DNA of 39,041 nucleotides, from NCBI RefSeq assembly GCF_001194135.2, contig NC_068982.1, forward strand, positions 127,090,830-127,129,870, read 5' to 3'. A program made the translations under genes and the position numbers. Every line of letters begins with the position of its first letter. The stretch's first letter is position 1. This stretch comes from Octopus bimaculoides (taxonomy: Eukaryota). The notes below the pieces were generated by a model. That model made no database searches, was not told the DNA's origin, and saw only the letters and a list, made by a program, of their open reading frames with translations. Shown here one piece after another: positions 1-10,437 of this stretch.

Positions 1-116
<116 letters not shown>

Positions 117-729
117 ATGTTTATATTTTTATAATATATATATAAACAAACATATTATATATGTGTATATAACATGTTTAGATTGATCAGCGAAAACTAA
201 TGGCTGACCAGCAAAGATGGGCGAGTATGATTGAAATAAAGCCTTGAGGGAATACCTTTAATCTTAGAAAGATTTCAACAGGTTTCAACATTAAGTTCGA
301 TGTTTCCTTGTTCTTGGGAAATATGTTTCTATTTACTTTAAATATAAAATCAATTTTAAACGATACTGACTTTACGAGAAAAAACATCTAAAAATATTAA
401 CGCGCATATGTTGTAATTGCATCAACAATTTCTTCAAAATAATTGAAAGCGCTGTAGTAGCTATTGTATGATGTAATTAGGACCAAATGACCATTAACGC
501 AACAGATACCACGTTATTGGCACTTTAAAAATTTAATACTTTACTTTTATGAACTAGTTTTCTCAAAGTATTGTAATAAACACTAATTCCATGCTTATTA
601 TATAGTATTTCCGCGCTTTGTCTTTCTAAGATTGCGCATTCATACTACAATATGATTCAAAGTTTCTAAAAGAATAGGAAAGAAGGTTTCATTAAATTTC
701 TCTAAATATTTTTATGATTGGCCAAAAAT

Positions 730-1112
730 TTGTTGTTGGCACTCCGTCGCTTACGACGTCGAGGGTTCCAGTTGATCCGATCAACGGAACAGCCTGCTCG
801 TGAAATTAACGTGCAAGTGGCTGAGCACTCCACAGACACGTGTACCCTTAACGTAGTTCTCGGGGATATTCAGCGTGACAGAGTGTGACAAGGCTAACCC
901 TTTGAATTACAGGCACAACAGAAACAAGTAAGTGTGAGAGAAAGTTGTGGTGAAAGAGTACAGCAGGGTTCGCCACCATCCCCTGCCGGAGCCTCGTGGA
1001 GCTTTAGGTGTTTTCGCTCAATAAACACTCACAACGCCCGGTCTGGGAATCGAAACCGCGATCCTATGACCGCGAGTTCGCTGCCCTAACCACTGGGCCA
1101 TTGCGCCTCCAC
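730..1112 (-). mobile_element. tRNA-derived SINE, family A (full length)
   Basis: Minus strand starts GTGGAGGCGCAATGGCCCAGTGGTTAGGGCAG (box A) with GGTTTCGATTCC (box B-like) and ends GGAGTGCC(AAC)n. 10-bp TSD GGCCAAAAAT at 720-729 and 1113-1122. Homologous copy at 21005-21390. Confidence 0.92.
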
Positions 1113-2390
1113 GGCCAAAAATATTACTAGTATAAATTTTGAAATATAAAAATAGCGCATTGACCATGCAAACCGTTTCAGTGACCAAAGAAAAGAAACG
1201 TTCAATCCTGGAAAGTAACTACCAGGTGCAAGTCTGGTACCCCTGTGTATATCTTACTCTGAGATATCCTCAAGAACGATATATAACATCAGCGGGCAGA
1301 CGATAAACCTCGAATCGAAAGTACACTTCTTTGTCGCTCTCGCGAAATGATATACAGTTGACAACTGATTGTTCATTTGAAAATGTTGCTCACAAAATGT
1401 CTGATATAATTTTTCTTCATAAAATTAAACGCACCATAGATGATTGCGTTAGGTAGGTGGTGGAGAAGCAGCAGAAAAATTATCGGTTCGTATCTTATTA
1501 CCGACATCGCATGTTATCTATTATGAAACATTTAAAAGTCAAATGCTCAGTTTGCTCGACTGCGAAGTAGTTATAATGAGATGAAATTCATTACTCTTAT
1601 CAGCAGGAGTATTGAATAATTTACGAATGTCTAATTAACTGGTGAGTAGGAAATGCTGGAGGTATTAAAGGAACAGTAGATACAGCAGCTAAGCTTAATG
1701 AAATGGTGAACAAAGTCTTACAAATTATGGAGAGGAATGAGGATTTTACGCAAAATGTTGATAGAACGCAGAGATGTTGAAGTAGAGAGGGTAGCCTGAC
1801 GAGCTGTGAGTGATATATGAGCCGCAAAGAGGTTTTAAAAAATGTGTGGTTTGCATGTTTGTGAGAGTGGTGATTGAAGTCATAGCTTTAACAAAATCCA
1901 TGACTAATGGCGTAGGGCAATGAAAACGAACCTACAACACACGCGTCAACAGTGATACGCCGCGGGTTTTTAGGTGACACGCGATGGACTTAATCTCCAT
2001 GCAATATCATGTTAAGAAAAGCTTATCTAAGAAAATTCCTAAAACTAAAATACACGCATACATGTAAGTGATACTTTGATTAATTAAAGAAATTGAAGCT
2101 TTGACACGCCAGGCTAAAACTGTTCTCCCTTACTAGCGTAGAGAATCACTGAGGAAGTTAGTTTCTCATTTATACACAATTGTGTTTGTGTGTGTGAGAG
2201 AGAGAGAGTGAACAGGCGGGTGCGCGTTTGTGTATATTAGTGTTTGTTTTTATGTCATGCTATAATAAAAATAATTTTATATTAAACTGAAAGATTATTC
2301 AATACTTTTGGTAGAGTACATATTTAGCATACTTTACAGGACGAGTGATGATTCTAACTTCGAAGTTACGGCCTGATAGCCTTCATCGGA

Positions 2391-2393
<3 letters not shown>

Positions 2394-2435
<42 letters not shown>

Positions 2436-2505
2436 TGTGATGTGTGTCTGTGTGTGGGTATGTATATGTATGTGCATATGTGTGTACATGTATGTGTGTG
2501 TGTAA
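2394..2505. repeat. (TA)n and (TG/TATG)n microsatellite
   Basis: Directly visible. Confidence 0.9.
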
Positions 2506-2658
2506 GTCTACGTAGTAGATACACAATCATGTCAAATAGACTGAATAAATGATGAACGGACTTAATCGATTTTCAACACTTATTGACATCTCATCAGAGA
2601 CGTCTACATCACTTGACCAATCCTGTTTATGCACACATCAAATCTAGTAGCTTCACGT

Positions 2659-2709
2659 GCATACATACATACATACATACACACATACATACATACATAC
2701 ATACATACA
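2659..2709. repeat. (TACA)n microsatellite
   Basis: Directly visible. Confidence 0.9.
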
Positions 2710-3061
2710 TCAAAAATGATAAATTTTAGAAATGTATTCATAATATATTATATAACCATGTCATTGGGAAGTAAAACCTTTCATATATTGCTATTTGATT
2801 TGGACTTCTGCTATCTTGTAAGACCTAGCGTCAAGCATTAATATAAAAGTTATGCTTTAAGCCTTTATCTTTAGTATTAATTAATACAACAATGTAATGA
2901 CTCTGTTGAAAGGATTTTTTTAGCATTTCACACAAATCATTATGAAAATGAGATATTACTTCTGATAATCTCTAAGAACTGTTATGGTTGTGCTTATGAA
3001 TATTTAATTTGCTGAAAGCTGTTTGAGAAAGTGATTATGTCTAAGCAATTACAGAACTCAT

Positions 3062-3067
3062 ATAATG

Positions 3068-3143
<76 letters not shown>
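3062..3143. repeat. (AAT)n microsatellite abutting the 3' end of the Tx1-like element
   Basis: Directly visible. Confidence 0.95.
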
Positions 3144-3144
<1 letters not shown>

Positions 3145-3388
3145 TTTTTTCTTATTGGCCACCAGGGCCGAACACAAAACATAGAGGACGATACACAGAC
3201 GAGGGATAGTAAGGTTAAATGTGTAAACACCCAACACAACGTTTAACAAAGAGATTAAATCAACAATATGCTTCCTCAATAGGGGAGGAGCGCCACCGTA
3301 AAATGACCAAAGTGACCTCATGCAGTTTGGACCCCTTAACACCAAAGGCTCCTCGGAAAGGCACCCTATCTTCTTCTTTCCATCCGGC

Positions 3389-5067
3389 CTACAGGTGTAC
3401 ACTTAGAGTAGACTCATTCACGCGGGACATTCTTGCCACATTCACCCACTTTTCAACGAACTTACTGGGTGACAGTGCCTCCCTCTCCAGCCTCAATTTC
3501 CTTTTCAGGTGAAACCTGAAAAAGTCAATGAGGTCTTGGCCAAAAGGGAAGGTACCTGTCTTCAACCTTTTCAATCGCGTCCACCACACAACCTCTTTTG
3601 CCATAGCCACCAGACAAAAAAAAATTGTCCTCCCTTCTCGGCCAAAGGAAGGCAGCGGGGCGATCTTCACAATGGACTCGGACGATAGCCGGATCCGTTC
3701 TACACGTGACAATAACAGTTCGACAAAGTTCCACAAGTCAGCAATGCGCGGACACGGAACGAAAGCATCCAGAACGGTTTCATCATTCCGCGTGCATCTC
3801 GGACAACCCCGACTGAGTGCATACCCGTGCCTGTAGAGCTTATCTCGAACTGGCAGCGCCCTCCCGTAGCACTGCTAGGGCTTTCTGGAAGTTTTCCATA
3901 GTTCCCGGCACGAAAGTTCTCCGAAGAGACCAGCCAGTTGATCCCACTCGACGCCCAGGATCTCTCCGAATATGTCGTCGCTCTTGCCCTCCACTAATCC
4001 CCTATAGAACTCCAAGGTGGAAATTCCACCGACTGGGTCGCCCGTGTCAAGCGCCCTGCCTCGGATCCAGTACTGTAACTCCGTCAAGGAGATGAGCTGC
4101 GGAAAAGCGCGTTCAACAAACAGCGACCACACCTGCTCACCGTTAAGGAGATATCGTAGCTTCAACGCATGTCTAGGCATCCTCAGCCAAGCATGCCTAA
4201 TCCTCCATGTAACGAGTGCTGACAGCAAATGGACCATCGGTTATTGACGACTGCACCTGTCAACGTTCGATGCCCTAACTTGCTAAGCCGGTCTCTGAAA
4301 GCTTGATGCGCCGGGAAGGACGCGTTCCTGTATTCGGGTCCCTGGCTAGGAAGACTGTCTAGGTCAACAGTACAGATCACAAATGTGTGGTCTATCTAGT
4401 TGACGAATTCAAATTGTGGACAACCTAAGCTATTTCTATATGCTGGCCTACAAAATATTGTATCTAGATAAGATCTGGATGACCCGGCACTGTTTGCCCA
4501 TGTCCAAGCTGGAGTATTTGGGATATCTAGTCTGAATCTGTCCGCCAGCTGGAAACGACTGAGCAAGTTTGCGAGGCTTACGCACCCCGTCTTTCCTATC
4601 CGCTAGCTCACTCAATTCATACGTGCATCCAAAATAGCGTTCCAATCGCCCACTAACACTAAAGAGCGAGACATCCCTAGAAAGGCTTCCAGGTGTCTGA
4701 AGAACTCCGGTTGCCCCGATCCAGTCGGTGCGTGCACTGCGACTAGTCTAAAAGCACTGTCTTCGTTATCGTCCACGTCCAGGACCACCAACTTACCTTC
4801 CAGGTCCAGGAAAACCGACCATATCTCGAAATCCAGGCTTTTTTCTGAACAGCAGTGCCACCCCACCCCCATTCCCGGTCGACTAAGAAATGCGACTATC
4901 TCAAAGTCATCGAAAATGGGAGCCAAGGCCCGTATGTCCATGATCCTGGTCTCACTAACGGCTATTACATCCAGACTTAGCCACCTGAGGTCGTTGCACA
5001 AGCGTCCTTATTTCTACAACGACCCCAGGCTCCGTACAATTATACAACCTACTTTAAGAACCGCCAT
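3389..5067 (-). pseudogene. ORF2 relic: APE endonuclease joined to the C-terminal (zf-RVT-like) region; RT domain missing
   Basis: ATG at 5067 gives MAVLKVGCIIVRSLG...LDVIAVSETR, LVAVHAP, LVLVGDWNAILD, SYLDTIFCR (APE motifs), then GPEYRNASF (GPGYWKLN-like). After ...VNNRW it jumps to SICCQHSLHGGLGM (post-RT GGLG motif), CPRCTRNDETVLDAFVPC (CX2C..ET..C knuckle) and ...TLSVHL stop at 3389. Multiple stops and frameshifts. Confidence 0.85.
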
Positions 5068-5911
5068 GCTGGTCAGGAAGTAAAGAAACGAAAAAGGGAG
5101 AGTCACTTACCGACCTGCTGTTTGTGGTCGAGTGGTTCTCTCACCATGTCTGCTTTGTTGGGTTCCTCTGGAAACCTCCTTAAAAGCCATCTGCTGGCCG
5201 TTACACTGGTATATCCAATGTTATACGGGTAACTCCGCTCAATGCTCGTATAAGTCTCTAATGTAATTCGCACCGTCATTAGGTTCTCCGGTACCCTTAA
5301 AAGTGTTGGGGCTGCAGATCACTCTCTCTGCTTCAATGTTCTTGTTTTGTGCTATGAGAGCCATCATCCTCACTTGCACGAAGTTTCACGGCTGAACGAA
5401 TGGTTATTGTTGTTGTTGTTGTAGTGACATTTTTTTCTTTTTTAGTTTGTTGTGCTTTTGATTCTGTTGTGGATGCTTGTGATGCTTGTAATGTTGGTGT
5501 TGTCATCAGTGTATCTGTGTTTGTCGTTTCTTGGATTTCTCCCTTTTTTCTGTAACGCTTTCTTGATTTTCTTTTTCTTTTTTTTTATTTGCCTTTTGGA
5601 CTTCTCCTCCATCATCACTTGGATGCGTGGAGGAGTCAGTGTCTTGTGTGTTTTCTTCTCGTGTTGTTTGTTCTGGTTCTCTTGTAGTAGTTGTAGTTAT
5701 TGCTCCTGCTAGTGTAGCTTCTTCCACTGTTGTGGGTGCTACTCCCACTGCCACCTTCACTGTAACACCTGCATTTTTGTCTGTTTGTGTTCAATTTCTG
5801 CTTCTATTCCCCAGCCTTTCTGTTGTTGTTTTTGTCGACACGTGGGTTGTGGTGCTTTCGTTTGGACATTTCTTCCTGCCCTTCTGTTCTGGTTCTGTGG
5901 GCAAAAAACCG

Positions 5912-6581
5912 GGATCTTTGTGATTTGACGGGCAACACTTGTTTTCTTAACGAAACACTTTCAAACTTGGGACACTGGTAGAATGTGTCATATAAAACAA
6001 CTTCTTCTCTTAACCTTCTTAACAAAATTTTGTACATCGCAAGTTATTTCATGTTAAAGTTGTCGTATTTCTGTAATTTCAACCAATCACTGACGTCTAT
6101 TCAGCTGAATACAGTTAGTGCTGTTCGGTGTCAAGTGTGTTATTCCCTGTTTAATTATATCATTATTCCCTAGTAAGGGTTTAGGGTTTTAGGGTTAGGG
6201 TTCGGGTTTTAGGGTTAGGGTTTTAGGGTTAGGGTTGGGGTTAGGGTTGGGGTTAGGGTTAGGGTTAGGGTTATGGTTATGAGTTATAGGGTTAGAGTCA
6301 AGGTTATGGCAAAAATAATCATAACCCTAACCGTAATCCTAAAACTAACCCTAACTCTAAAACCCGAACCCTAACCCTAAAACCCTAAAGCTAAAACCAG
6401 TACAAACTCAGTGATTGGTTGAAATTACCGAAATACGACAATTTTTTACATGAAATAACTTCGAATACAAAATTTTTTATCTGTTCTATACCACAAAATA
6501 TACAAGTATTCGAAGTTTGAAAGTGTTTCGGTACCAAAAACACTACATAAAAAAATGTTGCCCGTAAAATCACAAAGATCC
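5912..6581. mobile_element. Non-autonomous DNA transposon (MITE, Merlin-like termini) with internal inverted telomere-like repeats, copy 1
   Basis: 26-bp TIR GGATCTTTGTGATTTGACGGGCAACA / TGTTGCCCGTAAAATCACAAAGATCC (1 mismatch). Perfect 8-bp TSD AAAAACCG (5904-5911, 6582-6589). Further internal inverted segments. Near-identical copy at 23495. Confidence 0.92.
6176..6395. repeat. Degenerate (TTAGGG)n followed by (CCCTAA)n inside the MITE
   Basis: G-rich block ~6176-6308 and C-rich block ~6322-6395. Variant units TTCGGG and TTTTAGGG are mirrored. Confidence 0.95.
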
Positions 6582-7384
6582 AAAAACCGTAAGTGGCCCG
6601 TTGAACCACCATCGTGACACCTCAGCCTTCTGCCCTCCGAGTTCACCCTTAGTTCTACTCCATTCGAGAAGGAAATCAAGTCTGGGACTTTCTCTAACTG
6701 CTCTGGCTTAACGTGGATAAGAACCTCCAAGGTAGTCCCAACCCAATTCTCCCTCCTCGATCTTTTAACATGCAGGAGATTCTCTCGTCTGTCCGTACAA
6801 ATACACGCGAGAATCCACCATAAATCCAGGCCTGGTGGGACCCCAGGTACCGTAATTCGCACCGCCCTTCTTCCCATGTGTGTTGAGAAGAGGGTGATTT
6901 CCTCGCTGGGACGCGTGGTCACCGAGTCCTGTATCGCCTGCTCCTCGGTCTTAAAAGGACCTCTACTCCACCGTACTGTCTCGCCCTCGCAATGTGGTGG
7001 ATATCCTGCCATATGTCTTTCAAGGCTTCTCCCACCTGGTCGCGTTTAGCGTTTTCATGTTTCCTTGTCTTTGTGTTCACGCACCTGTAGATAACTGTCC
7101 GTTTGGCTGTTGCTTCAAGCACGTCACTTGGATGGAGGCGTCAATTCTGCTCTCCTTCCATTCATTTTAATATATTTTGCAGCCTCGTTCAGTTTTTCTG
7201 TTTTGTTCTCCAATGAGATGTTAGCCAATTCCTTAGCTGCCACGATATTTGCAAAAGTCTCTTCCTCGCTGCTTTTTGTTAGACTCTTCGTAATTGTTGT
7301 CAGTGTAATGAGGAAGACTTTACTGCTTCCTTCCTCTCACCTTCTTTCTGCTTTTTATCTTCTTTCTTCTTTTCTTGACTTTTC

Positions 7385-7397
7385 TTTCTATCTTTTT

Positions 7398-7433
<36 letters not shown>

Positions 7434-7490
7434 TCCTTCCTTCCTTCCTTCCTTCCTTCCTTCCTTCCTTCCTTCCTTCCTTCCTTCCTC
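7385..7490. repeat. (TTTC)n-(TTCC)n microsatellite inside the ORF1 relic
   Basis: Directly visible. Confidence 0.93.
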
Positions 7491-7743
7491 ACTCCGGCTC
7501 TTTTGTCGCCATCGTCAATGCTTACTTTCTTCGAAGTAAATTTTCGAAGAAATTTGAAAACAAAAAGGTTTATATCGATCCCAAAATGGGGCATTGATTA
7601 ACAAACGTCAGCACCCCACCCCCAGAAGAGCAGCTAGCTTGCAAAACGATTTAAACAACAAAATACAGTATAGAACTTTTTAAAACAAGTGAATTAATCA
7701 TAAACTTACAGCGATCCAAAAGCACACCCGCAGCTATAGTGAC

Positions 7744-7829
7744 AATAATAATAATAATAATAATAATAACAATAATAATAATAATAATAATGAGAAGAAG
7801 AAGAAGAAGAAGANNNNNNNNNNAGTGAC

Positions 7830-7861
<32 letters not shown>

Positions 7862-8008
7862 TAATAATAATAATAATAATGAGAAGAAGAAGAAGAAGAA
7901 GAAGAAGAAGAAGAAGAAGAAGAAGAAGAAGAAGAAGAAGAAGAAGAAGAAGAGCAGCAACAACAACTACAATAATACTAATAATAAAATAATATTAATA
8001 ATAATAAT
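7744..8008. repeat. (AAT)n/(AAG)n compound microsatellite with a 10-N gap
   Basis: Directly visible. Confidence 0.93.
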
Positions 8009-8110
8009 CTTTTCTACTCATGAGGGGAGGAGTTAGTCAATTACATCGACCCTAGTGCTTAGTTGGTATTTATTTTATCTACACTGAATTGATGGAAGGC
8101 CAAGATGACC
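8005..8110 (-). mobile_element. SINE family C, 3' fragment
   Basis: TTAGTCAATTACATCGACCCTAGTGCTTAGTTGGTATTTTATTTTATC matches the reverse complement of the family C body. Confidence 0.6.
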
Positions 8111-8337
8111 ATTAATAACTGCACTGGGATATTAACAGAGCATGTGGATTCAAAGTAACAAAACAGAGGTATGTACGCGAGTTGATACAGTGTAGGAAGA
8201 AATTGTGACGTCAGTTATTATCTCACGTTACGTTTGTAGTTTTTCAACTAACGATTTTTCACCACACTCGTTTAGCTATAATGGATCACAGAACCTACTG
8301 GCGAGTATTTACGTGCTTGTTCGATGAACAAATGATA

Positions 8338-8668
8338 AAAAAGGAGCACTCCGTCGGTTACGACGACGAGGGTCCCAGCTGATACGATCAACGGAACAGC
8401 CTGCTCATGAAATTAACGTGCAAGTGATTGAGCAATCCACAGACACGTGTACCCCTAACGTAGTTCTCAAGGGAGACTCAACGTGACACAGAGTGTGACA
8501 AGGCCGGTCCTTTGAAATACAGGTACTACTCAATTTTGCCAGCTGAGTGGACTGGAGCAACGTGAAATAAAGTGTTTTGCTCAAGGACACAACGCGTCGC
8601 CGGGAATCGAACTCACGACCTTACGATCGTGATCGAAGGCCCAAACCACTAAGCCACGCGCCTTCACT
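8338..8668 (-). mobile_element. tRNA-derived SINE, family A2 (different head, family A tail)
   Basis: Minus strand starts GTGAAGGCGCGTGGCTTAGTGG...GAGTTCGATTCC. The 3' ~190 nt are homologous to 730-1112. 13-bp TSD TGAACAAATGATA (8325-8337, 8669-8681). Confidence 0.9.
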
Positions 8669-8867
8669 TGAACAAATGATAGCATCAAAGTCTCTCTTAA
8701 ATCGTACCCTATGACCTTGCTAAAAGAGCACAGACATCTTTGATAACGTTGTCTTATAGTGTTTTAAAAAGAAAATAGTTAAACATAGGGATAAACCCAA
8801 GTTGCATACGCGCATTTCACAATTATGATTGCTTGGAGCCCTGCGATAGATGTTCCAAATGCATATA

Positions 8868-8946
8868 AATGCTCAACCACAATGGATCCTCAGAGAACAC
8901 TTTATTGTATCAACTGTTCTCCGAGGATCCGTTCCAGCTGAGCATT
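8868..8946 (-). ncRNA. Candidate pri-miRNA hairpin
   Basis: About 35-bp stem with 3 mismatches and G-U pairs that form only on the minus strand, closing a 9-nt loop. No expression evidence is available. Confidence 0.4.
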
Positions 8947-9171
8947 AAAATGCTCTTGAAACTCCTATTACAGGGCCCCAGTTATAAGGATGAAACGCTC
9001 GCTGGAACATTAATATAAACTTGTGTTTATCTTTATATTTCCTGCATTTGATCTGTAAGTTATGACTGGTAATACTAGTCGGTAGAGTAATTAATTGACA
9101 ACTATACAGAGAGCAGGCTGGATTACGAAAATCTACGTAACAGTAGCATTCATATCTTGTACTTCTTTTCA

Positions 9172-9379
9172 TATCTTTTACTTGTTTCAGTCATTAGACT
9201 GCGGCCATACTGGTGTACTGTTTTGAAGAATCTTTTAGTCGAATGAGTCGACCCCATTACTTAATTTCTTTTTTTTTTTTTCTTTTTTTTTTTTGCTAAG
9301 CCAAGAACTCATTCTATGAGTTTTCTTTTTGCCGAACTACTAAGTTATGGAGACGTAAACACCGGTTGTCAAGCGGTGG

Positions 9380-9415
<36 letters not shown>

Positions 9416-9570
9416 CTGACGGGCTTTTTCCAGTTTCCGTCTACCAAATTCACTCACAAGGTTTTGGTGGCCCCGAGGCTATAGTAGAAGACACTTGCCC
9501 AAGGTGCCACGCAGTGGGACTGAACCCAGAACCATATGGTTGGAAATGAAGCTTCTTACCACACAGCCAA
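9172..9570 (-). mobile_element. SINE family B (tRNA-like head, internal CA/TA microsatellite, AGTAAAAG tail)
   Basis: Minus-strand head GGCTGTGTGGTAAGAAGCTT...GGGTTCAGTCCCACTGCGTGG. Homologous to 12191-12577 and several other copies. Confidence 0.88.
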
Positions 9571-10113
9571 GCCTCCGTCTATATCTATTTCTGTACATAA
9601 TTTCTACTCCCCCCCCCCACAAAAAATAAATACCAAGATGGTCGCAGATGGAACCAGTTCTTTGTTTTTATCATAAGTCTTCCAGACTGGACTGACTTGG
9701 ATTAGACAACAATAGTAAAAACATTTTTAGGTCAAACCTATAAATAGTAGGATTACTGTGTAATTAATAAATGTTTCATTAGTCAATTGACCTGGAAAAG
9801 GATAATGGGAGACCATTCCAATTCTCTCCTTTAGTGTAGATTCCTCAATTATCTCGGTTCACTTCACTGTCTAATTTGATCGTTGATTCTGTTGAGCAAT
9901 CTATGAATATTGGGTGGTGTCTAGCAATTGGAGTCGCCCCCATAGTTACTGAAATTGTGTGAAAGCTTAATTTCGACGCCCTTCTAAACATTTTTTTTTT
10001 ACAAGGAGGAAAAACAACAACTGTAGAAATAGTGTTTATAACAATATGGAAGCTAAAGAGAGAATTTCAAACACAGCATCGAAGTTTTAAACCTTTTTTG
10101 TTAATATAACTAG

Positions 10114-10147
<34 letters not shown>

Positions 10148-10307
10148 AAAAGAGAGAGAGAGAGAGCTACTTGACAATATTCTGAACACATTTGTATTAC
10201 AAAACTGAATGGGAGGATGTTTTAATGAAAGTCCGAAGGTTTGTACTAATATCCTTTTGATATAACAAATATTTTCATGATAAATTAAGAAATGTGATCA
10301 AAAGATT

Positions 10308-10437
10308 GGCGGAGGTAAAGAATACGTACACCACCCGTTTTCGGCATAACAAAAAAAACCTAACCCTAATCCTAACCCTAAACCCTAACCCCTAACCCCA
10401 ACCCTAAAACCGGTTGTACGTATTCTTTACTTTCGCC
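10308..10437. mobile_element. 130-bp MITE with CCCTAA-like internal repeats
   Basis: TIR GGCGGAGGTAAAGAATACGTACA / TGTACGTATTCTTTACTTTCGCC. 9-bp TSD CAAAAGATT (10299-10307) / CAAAAGATC (10438-10446). Degenerate CCCTAA units at ~10360-10410. Confidence 0.8.

Larger units (their letters stand above)
5110..7594 (-). pseudogene. ORF1 (gag-like) relic of the Tx1-like element
   Basis: Fragments MPHFGIDINL..., a charged helical stretch, HMGRRAVRITVPGVPP (RRM-like), and CHD(G)GSTGHLRFF(C), a degenerate CX2CX4HX4C knuckle split by the MITE, followed by a low-complexity T/E/K tail. The 3' boundary is approximate. Confidence 0.6.
3144..7743 (-). mobile_element. Tx1/L1-clade non-LTR retrotransposon, degenerate, internally deleted (no RT), with a nested MITE
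   Basis: On the minus strand: ORF1 relic, ORF2 relic (APE endonuclease plus C-terminal zinc-knuckle region), a ~240-nt 3' UTR ending AATAAG-A7. The 5' end is inferred at GTCACTATAGCTGCGGG (7743), next to (AAT)n. Confidence 0.85.

Noticed and set aside
730-1112. tRNA genes at the SINE heads (here and in other copies)
   Set aside because: Box A/B-like motifs run into SINE bodies and tails with TSDs. No complete cloverleaf is supported.
6176-6395. Ancestral telomere-telomere fusion site or true chromosome end
   Set aside because: The repeats lie inside TIRs with a TSD, recur in other copies, and mirror their variant units, so they are part of a mobile element.
7823-7960. Tandem duplication of AGTGAC-(AAT)n-GAG(AAG)n
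   Set aside because: It follows a 10-N gap exactly and is most likely overlapping contig ends (assembly artefact).
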